DNA from: a virus
Lineage: Duplodnaviria > Caudoviricetes
IMG/VR virus record: IMGVR_UViG_3300047548_000102
Span: 1 to 39,585 of that record
DNA length: 39,585 nucleotides
Direction: 5' to 3' (one strand)
The notes under the pieces are model-generated. The model searched no databases, was not told the DNA's origin, and was given only the letters and a program-made list of their open reading frames with translations. The position numbers and the translations under genes are program-made. Positions 24,858 to 35,129 of this stretch are shown piece after piece; the stretch's first letter is position 1; the number at the start of each line of letters is the position of its first letter.

Positions 24858-25002
24858 CGTTTATGAACACGAGGACGGTTCTGCTACTCTGCACTTTGAG
24901 TTGACTAACGAAGAAGTTAAGTTGTTGCTTGATTGGGCTATCAAAGAGGCCATCAAGAATGCTATCAAACTTGGGGAGAACGTCTTTAATGACATTCGAT
25001 GA
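24844..25002 (+). CDS. Hypothetical protein (52 aa)
   Basis: Manual translation MQVNDVYEHEDGSATL...; AAGGT SD. Confidence 0.6.
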   Translation: MQVNDVYEHEDGSATLHFELTNEEVKLLLDWAIKEAIKNAIKLGENVFNDIR

Positions 25003-25300
25003 ATATCAAAAGCAGGCATGGAGCTATGCGCTGCCGACAGCAAAGACAAGCCAGTACCTGCTTCCTGGCCTTGCTGGTGAAGTAGGTGAGCTACAAAGTC
25101 TCTTTGCTAAGTGCTTGCGTGATCGTACTAATTTAGACTACATGGCTCTGCCAAAGGAACTAGGAGACATTCTGTGGTTTGTCTCAGGGATTGCTATGTA
25201 TCATGGATTGTCGTTGTCAGAGATTGCTGACAAGAACATTGAGAAGCTAGAGTCTCGTAAGCAACGTAATACTATTAAAGGATCAGGCGATGACCGCTAA
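24989..25300 (+). CDS. MazG-like NTP pyrophosphohydrolase
   Basis: GLAGEVGE...KELGDILW...NIEKL.SR..R..I.GSGD.R. Confidence 0.85.
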   Translation: MTFDEYQKQAWSYALPTAKTSQYLLPGLAGEVGELQSLFAKCLRDRTNLDYMALPKELGDILWFVSGIAMYHGLSLSEIADKNIEKLESRKQRNTIKGSGDDR

Positions 25301-25622
25301 CAATGATGCTTTTACCTTTAGCCACACCTCCGAGGACCGTAGCAAAGTCAAGATGACCTTGGAGGCTCCTGACAGTGGTTTCCAGCCTTGGACGGAGGTT
25401 CTGGACCGCTTTGTGGACTTCCTGGAGACTGTGTATGGATACAACATCAAGGACCAAATCCGGGTGCGGTATTCTCCAGTGTTGGACGTTTGTGAGTACT
25501 GGCGAGGAGGGGTCTTTGAAGATGACCCTACTCCAGACGAAGAAGACTTCGTAGAATTTGATGATGACGACAAGTACGACGAGTACGATAACGAGAATTT
25601 CAACCCGGGATTGACTGAATGA
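25290..25622 (+). CDS. Hypothetical acidic protein (110 aa)
   Basis: W.EVL..F..FL...YGY motif and D/E-rich tail. Confidence 0.7.
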   Translation: MTANNDAFTFSHTSEDRSKVKMTLEAPDSGFQPWTEVLDRFVDFLETVYGYNIKDQIRVRYSPVLDVCEYWRGGVFEDDPTPDEEDFVEFDDDDKYDEYDNENFNPGLTE

Positions 25623-26017
25623 CTCCAGAAGAGAGGCTAAAATATCAACGTGAGCGGCGTAAGAAAACTAAGAACGCGGATACTAAAAAATATGAGAAAA
25701 CCAAGTCAGGGTATCTGATGAGGATGTACCGGAACATGCGGAGTAGAATCGTGGGAATTCAAAAGAAGAAGGCCCACTTGTATGTAGGTAAGGAGATACT
25801 CGCCAAGGAGGATTTCTATGAGTGGGCGCGGTGCTCTCCGATGTTTATTGTTCTTTGGGAGCGCTACGTCCGAGGAGGGTACCAGCAAAAGACGGCCCCC
25901 ACTGTAGATAGAAAAGATAGTTCTTTGGGTTACATATTAGACAACATGGAATGGGTGGACCATTCTGTAAACTCTCAACGCGGAGCAATTAACCGTCATG
26001 CAGTACAATTTCAATAA
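25619..26017 (+). mobile_element. Putative HNH-like homing endonuclease
   Basis: Basic N-terminus; PTVDRKDSSLGY..DN.EWV...N motif. Confidence 0.75.
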
Positions 26018-26789
26018 ACCTATTCGCATCTTGGTGATCCCAGACTGCCAAGTACGCGAGGGTGTTCCGCTTGATCATTTAACGTGGGCAGGAAAAGCTA
26101 TTGTGGATTACCGCCCGGATGTCGTAGTGAATCTGGGGGATTTTGCGGACATGCCCAGCCTTTCGACACACGACACCAAGGGCAGTAAGTACTTCGAGGG
26201 GCTCCGCTACAAGAAGGATATTGAAGTGGTGCGACAGGCTATGGATATGCTGTTGAAACCGCTAAAAGATGAGCAAAGGAGGCTGAAACGTAATAAAGAA
26301 AAACAATACAATCCCAAGATGGTTATGCTCTTAGGTAACCACTGCAACCGCATCAATCGAGCCATTAACAACAACCCAATGCTTGAAGGACTTATTAGTA
26401 CACAGGACTTGGGCTACGAAAAAGATTGGAACGTACATGAGTTTTTACACCCCGTTTTCATCAATGGTGTTGGGTTCAATCATTACTTCCCTGTGGGGGC
26501 CATGGGCAGGCCTGCTAGTAGCGCTGCTGCTCTTATCAGTAAGCTACATATGTCATGTGTGGCTGGACACCAACAAGGAAAGCAACTTGCATATGGTAAA
26601 CGCGCTGATGGGAAGCCTATATGCGGGATTATTGCTGGTAGTTTCTATCTTCATGATGAGTCGTATCTTGACCAACTAAGCAATCGGCACTGGCGAGGAC
26701 TCATCGTACTCAACGAAGTCGAAGATGGATGCTTTGACGAAATGACACTTAGTATTGATTACCTCCGGAGGAAGTATGCAAACGGCTGA
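25998..26789 (+). CDS. Calcineurin-like metallophosphoesterase
   Basis: IPD.Q, GDFAD, GNH, H, GHQQ motifs. Confidence 0.85.
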   Translation: MQYNFNKPIRILVIPDCQVREGVPLDHLTWAGKAIVDYRPDVVVNLGDFADMPSLSTHDTKGSKYFEGLRYKKDIEVVRQAMDMLLKPLKDEQRRLKRNKEKQYNPKMVMLLGNHCNRINRAINNNPMLEGLISTQDLGYEKDWNVHEFLHPVFINGVGFNHYFPVGAMGRPASSAAALISKLHMSCVAGHQQGKQLAYGKRADGKPICGIIAGSFYLHDESYLDQLSNRHWRGLIVLNEVEDGCFDEMTLSIDYLRRKYANG

Positions 26790-27444
26790 CATTAAAGTAG
26801 AACTGATTACTTTCTGCGGTACGGATACGACCATTGTCAATGCTGCCCGTGTTTCTTTCAACAAAGAAAGTGCAATGGAGCTTAACGACGATGGCTGGCC
26901 TGTCTTCCCTGAGAAGGACAAGAAGCTGCTGAACTATCTTGCAAAGCATAAGCACCTCAGTCCATTCAATCATGCCTTTATGAGTTTCCGTGTAAAGGCT
27001 CCGATCTTTGTTGCTCGTCAGTTAGTGAAGCACAAGTTTATGCCTTGGAATGAAGTTAGTAGGCGCTACGTTGATGCTGAACCAGAGTTCTACATGCCTC
27101 CAATCCGTAAGCGGGCAGAGAGTGTCAAGCAAGGTAGCAGTGATGAACTGGTGGAAGAAGAGAAACTGAATGGGTTGGATGTGCTAATCTCTGATGCACT
27201 GGTACAGTACAACTACCTTATTCGTATCGGAGCATGCCCAGAGCAGGCACGGATGGCTCTTCCTCAGAACACCATGACAGAATGGATCTGGAGTGGTACA
27301 CTGGGTGCCTTCTGTGACATGCTGACGCTACGCTTGAAACCGGACACACAAAAGGAAACACGTACAGTTGCACAGCAAATCTCTAAGATTGTTGAGGAAT
27401 TGTTTCCTGAATCATATAAGGCACGAATGACGTATGGGAACTAA
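26776..27444 (+). CDS. thyX: Flavin-dependent thymidylate synthase
   Basis: NAARVS, H.SPF.H, RQLVKH...NEVSRRY, EQARM.LP, Q.E.R motifs. Confidence 0.93.
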   Translation: MQTADIKVELITFCGTDTTIVNAARVSFNKESAMELNDDGWPVFPEKDKKLLNYLAKHKHLSPFNHAFMSFRVKAPIFVARQLVKHKFMPWNEVSRRYVDAEPEFYMPPIRKRAESVKQGSSDELVEEEKLNGLDVLISDALVQYNYLIRIGACPEQARMALPQNTMTEWIWSGTLGAFCDMLTLRLKPDTQKETRTVAQQISKIVEELFPESYKARMTYGN

Positions 27445-27787
27445 GTTTACCACTTGTAAGGAATGCTTCTACGAGAAGTTCAGTAACAGTGAACGACCAT
27501 GTGAACTCTGTTCATGGAGCAGCAAGTTTGTTGCTAAGAGTGTCTTTGATAAAGCTCCTGTGTCGGTAACGGTGCAGGACAACGTAGATCATCCTAAGCA
27601 CTACACACAAGGCAGCATTGAAGTGATTGATGCCATTGAGGCTTGGCAGTTGAACTTCAGGCTTGCTAATGTAGTCAAGTATGTGGCACGAGCAGAACAC
27701 AAGAACAACAAACTGGAAGACCTGAAGAAGGCTCGCTGGTATCTGGACAGGGAGATTAGCAAACTTGAGCAACCCGCTAACGTTTGA
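27434..27787 (+). CDS. DUF3310 (T7 gp1.7-like nucleotide kinase) protein with N-terminal Cys cluster
   Basis: V.HP.HY...IE.ID...N.VKY..R...K...EDL.KA.WYL. Confidence 0.85.
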   Translation: MGTKFTTCKECFYEKFSNSERPCELCSWSSKFVAKSVFDKAPVSVTVQDNVDHPKHYTQGSIEVIDAIEAWQLNFRLANVVKYVARAEHKNNKLEDLKKARWYLDREISKLEQPANV

Positions 27788-27923
27788 AGAGATTAAGGAA
27801 TGTCTGAAGAGACTTGACGAAGTTACGCTTTTAGAACTCTTAGACATTAAGAGTGACGACATCGTAGAACGATTCTCAGACATTATTGAAGACCAAGTAG
27901 AACAACTACAGGAAGAACTATGA
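27765..27923 (+). CDS. Small acidic conserved phage protein (52 aa)
   Basis: Manual translation ...LTFEEIKE.L.RLDEVTLLELL.I.SDDIVERF.D.IE; ATGA overlap with nrdJ. Confidence 0.65.
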   Translation: MSNPLTFEEIKECLKRLDEVTLLELLDIKSDDIVERFSDIIEDQVEQLQEEL

Positions 27924-29824
27924 CATTTAAGATGAACGGCTATAACGAGTACATCGCAAAAAGCAGGTATTCTCGATTCCTTGACGACAAGGGTCGTCGT
28001 GAACACTGGCCTGAGACAGTGAATCGGTACTTTGACTTCATGTCAGGACACTTGCTCAAGAAACACAACTATGAGATGCCTGTAGGGCTGCGTGAGCGAC
28101 TGCAAGAGGCTGTAACTAACCTCGAAGTTGTTCCAAGCATGCGCTCAATCATGACCAGTGGTGATGCACTGGAGCGACAGAACGTAGCAGGCTATAACTG
28201 CTCCTACCTGCCCATCGATGATCCTAAGGCCTTTGATGAGGCTATGTATATCTTGCTGTGTGGCACCGGTGTGGGCTTCAGCGTGGAACAGAAGTATGTC
28301 AACAAACTGCCTGAGATCCCTTGTAAGCTCTATGAGTCTGAGTCTACTATTGTTGTTAAGGACTCCAAGGAAGGATGGGCTAAGGCGCTACGACAGGTTA
28401 TTGCCTTGCTATACGCTGGAGAGATTCCAAAGTGGGATGTCTCTGGGGTCCGTCCGGCTGGTGCTCGACTCAAGACTTTTGGTGGCAGAGCGTCAGGACC
28501 TGAGCCACTTGTTGAACTCTTTAAGTACGTGGTCACCAAGTTCAAAGGCGCGGCTGGTCGTAAACTTAACAGTCTTGAGGCTCACGACATTCTCTGCAAG
28601 GTTGGAGAAGTTGTGGTTGTGGGAGGAGTCCGTAGGTCTGCGATGATCTCTCTATCTGACCTCAGTGATGATCGTATGGCTCACGCTAAGGCAGGTAACT
28701 GGTGGGACGGTAACGGACAACGAGCACTGGCTAACAACTCTGCTGTTTACGACAGTCGTCCTACGGTGGGTCAGTTCATGCGTGAGTGGACTAGCATTTA
28801 TGAGTCACATTCAGGTGAACGAGGAATCTTTAATCGATACGCAAGTAAACTACAGGCAGCTAAGAATGGTCGTCGGGAAGAAGATCAAGAGTGGGGCACT
28901 AACCCTTGTTCAGAAATTATCTTGCGTCCTTATCAGTTCTGTAATCTTTCTTCTGTCATTGTTCGTAGCGACGATACTGTGGAGTCTCTTAGGAATAAGA
29001 TTGCTATGGCTACTATCCTTGGAACTTTTCAGTCGACGATGACTAGCTTCCCGTATCTTCGGAAGATCTGGCAGACAAACACTGAAGAGGAACGATTGCT
29101 TGGTGTGTCGATGACGGGTATCCTTGACAATCCTTTGCTCAATGATCCTGATAATGCAGCATTGCCTGCTCTACTGGAGGAACTTCGTAGTGTTGCTATT
29201 GATACTAACGCTGAGTACGCTGATGCTATTGGTATCAATCGTTCTGTGGCTATCACCGCCATCAAGCCGGAGGGGACGGTTTCTCAGCTTGCGGGAACTG
29301 CTAGCGGTATCCATCCTCAGCATAGTGCTTTTTACATCCGCCGTGTCCGTTCTGATAACAAAGACCCTCTTACTGACTTCCTGAAGTCTCAAGGATTCCC
29401 TGCTGAAGCAGACTTCTACAAGCCTGACAGCACCACCGTCTTCAGCTTCCCTGTAAAGGTTGCTCCAGGCGCATTGCTGCGGGAAGACTTGGATGCTATT
29501 AAGCATCTGCGTCTGTGGTTACTGTACCAACGTCACTACTGTGAGCATAAGCCTTCTGTGACCATCAGTGTCAAGGAAGAGGAGTGGCCTACAGTGGGTG
29601 CATGGGTGTGGGATAACTTTGATGAGATCACTGGTGTGAGCTTCCTGCCTATGGACTTGGGCACGTACCGCCAAGCACCTTATGAATCAATTACAGAAGA
29701 ACAATACGAAAAACTAATGTCTACAATGCCTCCTGGCATTCAGTGGGAAAATTTTAAAGAAGGTGAGGATAATGTCGAAGGAACTCAAATCCTTGCATGT
29801 ACAGCGGCGGGATGCGAAATTTGA
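27920..29824 (+). CDS. nrdJ: Class II (adenosylcobalamin-dependent) ribonucleotide reductase
   Basis: YNCSY, VRRSA, TNPCSEI...CNL, KPEGT, C-terminal CxxxxC; no beta-subunit gene recognised in the genome. Confidence 0.9.
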   Translation: MTFKMNGYNEYIAKSRYSRFLDDKGRREHWPETVNRYFDFMSGHLLKKHNYEMPVGLRERLQEAVTNLEVVPSMRSIMTSGDALERQNVAGYNCSYLPIDDPKAFDEAMYILLCGTGVGFSVEQKYVNKLPEIPCKLYESESTIVVKDSKEGWAKALRQVIALLYAGEIPKWDVSGVRPAGARLKTFGGRASGPEPLVELFKYVVTKFKGAAGRKLNSLEAHDILCKVGEVVVVGGVRRSAMISLSDLSDDRMAHAKAGNWWDGNGQRALANNSAVYDSRPTVGQFMREWTSIYESHSGERGIFNRYASKLQAAKNGRREEDQEWGTNPCSEIILRPYQFCNLSSVIVRSDDTVESLRNKIAMATILGTFQSTMTSFPYLRKIWQTNTEEERLLGVSMTGILDNPLLNDPDNAALPALLEELRSVAIDTNAEYADAIGINRSVAITAIKPEGTVSQLAGTASGIHPQHSAFYIRRVRSDNKDPLTDFLKSQGFPAEADFYKPDSTTVFSFPVKVAPGALLREDLDAIKHLRLWLLYQRHYCEHKPSVTISVKEEEWPTVGAWVWDNFDEITGVSFLPMDLGTYRQAPYESITEEQYEKLMSTMPPGIQWENFKEGEDNVEGTQILACTAAGCEI

Positions 29825-30302
29825 ATTAGTCTGTCCTTCATGCGGCAAGAATCGTGAATTTAAAGCTAAAAGAGCATTAACAAATGCTTTACAAAAGCAG
29901 ACAATTTGCTTTTCTTGCCGAACCATCGCTAATAATAAAGCACGTACTGGTACTAAAGCAGGGCACAACAACCCTGCTTGGTCTGGTTATAAAGATGTGC
30001 CTGGAAAAGTGCTAAGCAGACTTCGTAACGGTGCTGTTCAACGTGGTTTATCCTTTGAAATAACTTTAGAGGATATTCAGGAGACTTATGAAGCACAAAA
30101 TAAAGTATGTGCTTTTTCAGGCCTACAAATTAGCTTTGGTAAGGAAGCGTCTGTTGACCGTATAGATAGTTCTTTAGGCTATACAAAAGACAACATTCAA
30201 ATTGTACACAAACGATTAAATCTAATGAAACGGGATATTCCTAACGACGAATTCATCAAATGGTGTATTTCTGTCGCTAAGAATTTAGGAGATTCATGGT
30301 AA
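29772..30302 (+). mobile_element. Putative HNH-like homing endonuclease with N-terminal zinc ribbon
   Basis: CPSC/CFSC, NPAWSG, CA.SG, SVDRIDSSLGY.KDNIQ.V....N.MK; AT-rich; GAGG SD inside nrdJ. Confidence 0.8.
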
Positions 30303-31027
30303 CACGAAAAAAACTAGAAGACGACACGCCTGTAAAGCCAGCACAAGGTCTGAAACTTAAGCTGGATCACATGAGTACGATTCAGCCTAAGACTGCTAAA
30401 CAGCAGGACTTCTTCGATGCCTACAACAAGGGAGATTACTTCATGTGTCTCCACGGTGTAGCAGGCACCGGGAAGTCCTACATAGCCCTCTACAAGGCCT
30501 TGGAGGAGGTTATGGATCGTAGCAACCCCTATGACAAGGTTGTAGTGATTCGTAGCTCCGTACAAGGCCGTGACATGGGGCATCTACCGGGCAATGCTGA
30601 TGACAAGATGGAGGTATACATTCAGCCTTACCGTCAGATTGCATCAGACTTGTTCAGTCGTAAGGATGCTTGGGATCGACTCTGTGAGCAAGGGCATGCT
30701 GAGTTCCTGTCCACATCGTTCATTCGGGGGACCACATTCACAAACAGTATCTTGTTAGTTGATGAGTTTCAGAACATGAACTTTGAGGAACTGGACACAA
30801 TCATTACTCGTGTTGGTCACACCAGTAAGATTATATTCTGTGGTGACGTTAGGCAGACAGACTTACGGAAGAAGGATGACAAATCTGGACTCCCTAAGTT
30901 CCTGTCAATTTGTGACACCATGAAGCAGTTCAGTAGGTTTGAGTTCACCACTGATGACATTGTTCGTAGTAGCTTAGTCAAGGACTATATTATTGCCAAG
31001 ACTAAGTTTGAAGACCAGTGTTCATGA
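30296..31027 (+). CDS. phoH: PhoH-family ATPase
   Basis: GVAGTGKS, G.LPG, FIRGTTF, VDE.QN, TRVG, GD..QTD, DIVRS. Confidence 0.93.
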   Translation: MVTRKKLEDDTPVKPAQGLKLKLDHMSTIQPKTAKQQDFFDAYNKGDYFMCLHGVAGTGKSYIALYKALEEVMDRSNPYDKVVVIRSSVQGRDMGHLPGNADDKMEVYIQPYRQIASDLFSRKDAWDRLCEQGHAEFLSTSFIRGTTFTNSILLVDEFQNMNFEELDTIITRVGHTSKIIFCGDVRQTDLRKKDDKSGLPKFLSICDTMKQFSRFEFTTDDIVRSSLVKDYIIAKTKFEDQCS

Positions 31028-31047
31028 ATAGAAAATGAATAGATAAT

Positions 31048-31101
31048 AAAAAAGCCCCTGCAAGGTTCCTTTAAGGTTCCTTGACAGGGGCTTTCTTGTT
31101 T
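31048..31101. terminator. Bidirectional Rho-independent terminator where the two arms converge
   Basis: A-tract + AAAGCCCCTG-CAAGG...CCTTG-A-CAGGGGCTTT + T-rich tail. Confidence 0.8.
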
Positions 31102-31105
31102 GTAC

Positions 31106-31246
31106 TTACTTTTTCTTCTTAGGCTTTGCCTTACCAGCTTCAGACAAAGCAATCGCTACTGCCTGTTGCTGTGGTTTACCTTCTTTGACCATCTTGCGGA
31201 TATTGGCAGAGACAGTCTTATCACTAGAACCCTTCTTCAATGGCAT
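31106..31246 (-). CDS. Small basic protein (46 aa, MPLKKG...QAVAIALS type)
   Basis: Manual translation; GGAGG SD. Confidence 0.7.
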   Translation of the reverse strand: MPLKKGSSDKTVSANIRKMVKEGKPQQQAVAIALSEAGKAKPKKKK

Positions 31247-31254
31247 AGTGCCTC

Positions 31255-31716
31255 CTATTTCAATAGCATTGCTTCGGCTTGTCGTCTGATAGTCAGTCCT
31301 CTTAGGACTCTACCCGCAGCCTTGTTCCACTTCAGGATCTCCGTAGCGGCCTCATCCCATCGTTCTTCATTAACCATCTTACGCAGGGTACTGATCTGAT
31401 AGTTCCTTAAGCCGCAGTTGTAGCAGAAGGAGATCAGAGCAGCTTGTCTGTTAGGATAGTTGACTACCTTCGGTGACAGCTTCAGCAGACCCTTGTTGAA
31501 GTGCTCTAGATGCTCGTCTAGGGCCTCTTCAGCCTGCTGATGTGTCCAAACAGTCTCTGGAGTGATCCCAGGCCCTGTAGAGCCATAACCGATGGTCCAG
31601 GGGTGTCCTCCAGTGCCAGGATCAGGATAGGCCTTACAGCCTCCATCAGGTAGTCTCTTGTGATAACCCTCAAAGGGCTTCACAAGAGCTTCCCTAGCAA
31701 TCTTAATTGCTTCCAC
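31255..31716 (-). CDS. Endolysin, GH24 lysozyme
   Basis: FEG...AY.D......WTIGYG, ALISF.YN.G, W.KA.G..L.GL..RR.AE. Confidence 0.92.
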   Translation of the reverse strand: MEAIKIAREALVKPFEGYHKRLPDGGCKAYPDPGTGGHPWTIGYGSTGPGITPETVWTHQQAEEALDEHLEHFNKGLLKLSPKVVNYPNRQAALISFCYNCGLRNYQISTLRKMVNEERWDEAATEILKWNKAAGRVLRGLTIRRQAEAMLLK

Positions 31717-32188
31717 GATACTTCTCTATGGTCCTACTCACAAACCAGAAAGTAAGGATCATGTTCAACATCCCAAAGTCGTCAGCAGTCCAGAGAGACA
31801 CCAGTGCATCTTTCCAAGGAGCACCAGAGTCCAGAGCATAGGTGATCATGATGATCTTATATGTAACGTACATCCCAAAGAGAATGTAAGTGACTCCGGG
31901 CCTCACAAGGGCAGACAAACTAGCAACCCACTTCCAGGCTTTCTTGTCTGCTTCACCTTGTTGCTTGAATGCTTCACTGATGGCTTCTAGCTGTGCAGAA
32001 CCGTGCTCTACATAGCGCTCTTCGATCCTGAACTCACCACGAATCTTCTCTAGGTCAGTCTGCAAGGTGAACATCTTTAGTTCATGCAGTCTTTCATCTT
32101 TACGATCAAAGAACTTCAGGATCTCAGGAGCTAGACGAAACAAGCCACCTAAGAGACTGCCTAGAATACCTCCTGAAAAGAAGTCCAT
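31703..32188 (-). CDS. Putative holin (3-TM type)
   Basis: Three hydrophobic segments, VRP..TY and FWF..R motifs; next to lysozyme. Confidence 0.7.
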   Translation of the reverse strand: MDFFSGGILGSLLGGLFRLAPEILKFFDRKDERLHELKMFTLQTDLEKIRGEFRIEERYVEHGSAQLEAISEAFKQQGEADKKAWKWVASLSALVRPGVTYILFGMYVTYKIIMITYALDSGAPWKDALVSLWTADDFGMLNMILTFWFVSRTIEKYRGSN

Positions 32189-33888
32189 TATTGTTCCTCG
32201 GATGTCTTAGTTAAGCGGTTATACTCAGCCATGACCTGAGCACCGGTAATGGAGCCTTCTTTAGTTGCTCTCTTTTCAAAGAACTTACCGATTTCTCTAA
32301 CTACCGCCGGCCTCTCGCGCAGCAAGGCTTGCATTACTTTTAACCCACCTTCAGAATACAGAGCAGGAGCAGCAAAACCAGCAGCCATAGTAGCAGTACC
32401 GCCAGAGAGCGCAGCACCTAATCCAAGACCTTGAGCCACTTGCCTGCCTGTCTGATACTGTGTCATCTCGTCTCCGAGCTTCTCCACAGCAGCGTCAGAA
32501 ACATCCTGCCCACGGGCACTACCGGCAGCAAAAGCAGTTTTATTACGACTACTATCCCGTTGGCGTACTGCTGTAGAATACTGCTTCGGTGTGAATACGC
32601 CATTAGCTGCCCCTGAGTTAGCAGCAGCAGTCTTCATAACGGCAATGTCACCATAAGCATTATCAACTCTACGCAAAGCAGATGTCTGTGAAGGATTCTG
32701 ACGCCTCAGATTCTTCTTCAAAGATTCTAAGACATCAAACAGGGCTTCTCCAATATCTTGTTCAGCAGCACTGTTGCTGTTCTTAAACTTCATTGCTTCT
32801 TTTCGAAGATCTGATTCAATTCCCTTGTAAACTTGACCATCTACCTTAGCAGAAGTTCTGAAGTTTTCTAATACAATAGAATCTAACTTTTCTACTACAA
32901 CTGTTTTTTGCGAGGGATTCAAGCCAGCTTTGTTGATCGCATAGATACCATCGTTGTATGCTTTAGGATCCATTCGAAAGCTAACACGAGACAACACTTC
33001 ATCATACTTAGTGTCGATAATCTTATTTGCTTCTTGTACTGCATCTCGGCCAATTACATCAGCAGGCAGTTTTTCATCCACTTTACCCAACGCTTTATTG
33101 ATCACGCCTTTGTTGAATTGAAAAATTGCTCTTTCTTTAGCATTGCTAATATAGGAACCCACAAGAGGGACGACCTCAGCAAAGCGCTCTACATCCTTAA
33201 ATTGACCACCAAGGATTTGTCCCGGAGTTAACTGGACACCAAGTTCCTTCATGGTTTTTTCGGCTTTACTGATTAGCGGGTTAGCAACCTTGCTAAGAAC
33301 CATCGTAGCTGCTGAGCCCAGAGCACCACCAACAGCCCCTCCAGCAGCCTGTCCAGCTTTTTCTTCAGCAAATCCGTCTTCAGACAAAGCTGGTTGTAAA
33401 ACACCAGTAGCAGCGCCTCCAGCAACAGCTTGGCCTGTTTTAGTAGCTCCTCCAAGAAGCCTACCGGCCCTTAAACCGACAGCGATGTTTGCAGGGTTTA
33501 AGACATTACCACCCAAGCGAGAAAGATCAAAGCCTTCGTCTCCACGAGCCTTCCTGGCCTCTTGGTAAGCTGCTTCTTCTGCTTTAGCCATCTCGTCTAC
33601 ACGGGAGGCTTCACGACCAAAGAATTGACTAACCACGTTAGGAGCCATTCCACCCGCAGAGGTAAGGAACTCTAAGCCCCTAGGCAACATCTGAGCACCG
33701 GCAGTGATAGGGTCTTTTAAACCCATCAAAAAGCCAGATTGGATAGCCCCTTCCTGAGCCTTCGGCGCAGAAGGAAAGTCTTCCTCTTTAGCAAGCCCGT
33801 TTGCGATTGCTTTTTGCTTAATTTGCTCTTTGGTCGCATTATCAGGAACACCCCGAATAACGACACCATTTGGAAGGGTTACATCCAT
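32188..33888 (-). CDS. Internal virion/DNA ejection protein (566 aa)
   Basis: Ala/Gly-rich hydrophobic patches, helical; third of three genes after the nozzle. Confidence 0.65.
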   Translation of the reverse strand: MDVTLPNGVVIRGVPDNATKEQIKQKAIANGLAKEEDFPSAPKAQEGAIQSGFLMGLKDPITAGAQMLPRGLEFLTSAGGMAPNVVSQFFGREASRVDEMAKAEEAAYQEARKARGDEGFDLSRLGGNVLNPANIAVGLRAGRLLGGATKTGQAVAGGAATGVLQPALSEDGFAEEKAGQAAGGAVGGALGSAATMVLSKVANPLISKAEKTMKELGVQLTPGQILGGQFKDVERFAEVVPLVGSYISNAKERAIFQFNKGVINKALGKVDEKLPADVIGRDAVQEANKIIDTKYDEVLSRVSFRMDPKAYNDGIYAINKAGLNPSQKTVVVEKLDSIVLENFRTSAKVDGQVYKGIESDLRKEAMKFKNSNSAAEQDIGEALFDVLESLKKNLRRQNPSQTSALRRVDNAYGDIAVMKTAAANSGAANGVFTPKQYSTAVRQRDSSRNKTAFAAGSARGQDVSDAAVEKLGDEMTQYQTGRQVAQGLGLGAALSGGTATMAAGFAAPALYSEGGLKVMQALLRERPAVVREIGKFFEKRATKEGSITGAQVMAEYNRLTKTSEEQ

Positions 33889-35129
33889 TATTGAGTTCCT
33901 TTAGGGAGATCGGCCCAATTTACAGTACGGGCGCCACTAACACTTGTAGGAAGCGGCTTGCCTTGTTCAACAGCAGCTTGCTGTTTTTGTACGCGCTCGA
34001 TACCACGCTGAATCTTACGCTCAGCGCTTTCAAGAACACGCTGAAGTGTTGCTCGCTCAAACGTAGTTTCTCCACCAACGATTGAACGAAGGTACTTAAG
34101 TTCTTCGTTAGAGTCGTTACCACCAAACTCTTGCAAGCGTGGAATAACCACTTCACCGATAGAGGCTCTGAACTGTTCAGTGTTCTGCAAGCGAGCTTTA
34201 GAACCAATCGGAGTATACTTTGCAACGGCTTCCTGCATGGGACCATAGCCGCCAGAATAGATACCAGACTTAACTAAATCAAGAGCACTACGAACAGCGG
34301 TTAAGGCATCTTCCTTGCCTTGGATCTGAGCAATGTCTTTACCCACTGCCTTACCACCTTCCGCGCCTGTCGCCTCAGCTTGTTTCTTGGCAATAGCGTT
34401 ACCAATAACACTCAGACCAGCACCAAGAGACTCTTCAAGAGTCTTACCGGCTACACCAAGATCCTTAATCGTCTCTCCGGTGTCTTTATTAATAAGGAGT
34501 TTACGACCATTAGCAGTAATCACATCTGTCTTGATTGCTTCTTTTTTAGGAACCTTAAGAAGATCAGTAACGACCTTTGGATCATCAGACAATGCACTTG
34601 CTTCTTCCTCAGACATTTCAGGAAACTTCTTAAGCAGTGCTTTAGCGCGAGACCTAGCAGCAGCTTCAGCGGCAGTTTCTTTACTCTTTTTCTCTGCTAC
34701 TTCAGCAAGTGCGCGTTTCTCTTGAGCAGCAATCTGTCCCTGACGAGCCTTCTCAGTAGTCAGCTTAGACTCTTCAACAGCCATCTCCCGAGCCTTCATG
34801 GCAGCCTGCTGAGCCAATGCAGGGTTCACACTCTGCAAGGCCTTAGCATACTGCATCATGCCATCAGCAGTGCTGGTATCAAACTGAGTAGCCAGATCAC
34901 GCATCTTAGAAGCCTGAGCCAGCATAGGGTCTTCAACACCAGCGGCCCTCAGAAGACCTTGACCTACTCGACCAGCATACATACCAATATTGGATGCTAG
35001 CTGTTCTTTTACAGGCATCTTAGCAAATTGCTGAGCCTGTGCGTCACGGAGGTACTGAATAGCCTGCTCAGGAGGCATGCCGCCTTGAACCAAGGTAGCC
35101 AGTTGTGTCATCATATCAGCAGTAGCCAT
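33888..35129 (-). CDS. Internal virion/DNA ejection protein (413 aa)
   Basis: Ala/Gln/Lys-rich helical protein; TAATG coupling. Confidence 0.65.
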   Translation of the reverse strand: MATADMMTQLATLVQGGMPPEQAIQYLRDAQAQQFAKMPVKEQLASNIGMYAGRVGQGLLRAAGVEDPMLAQASKMRDLATQFDTSTADGMMQYAKALQSVNPALAQQAAMKAREMAVEESKLTTEKARQGQIAAQEKRALAEVAEKKSKETAAEAAARSRAKALLKKFPEMSEEEASALSDDPKVVTDLLKVPKKEAIKTDVITANGRKLLINKDTGETIKDLGVAGKTLEESLGAGLSVIGNAIAKKQAEATGAEGGKAVGKDIAQIQGKEDALTAVRSALDLVKSGIYSGGYGPMQEAVAKYTPIGSKARLQNTEQFRASIGEVVIPRLQEFGGNDSNEELKYLRSIVGGETTFERATLQRVLESAERKIQRGIERVQKQQAAVEQGKPLPTSVSGARTVNWADLPKGTQ

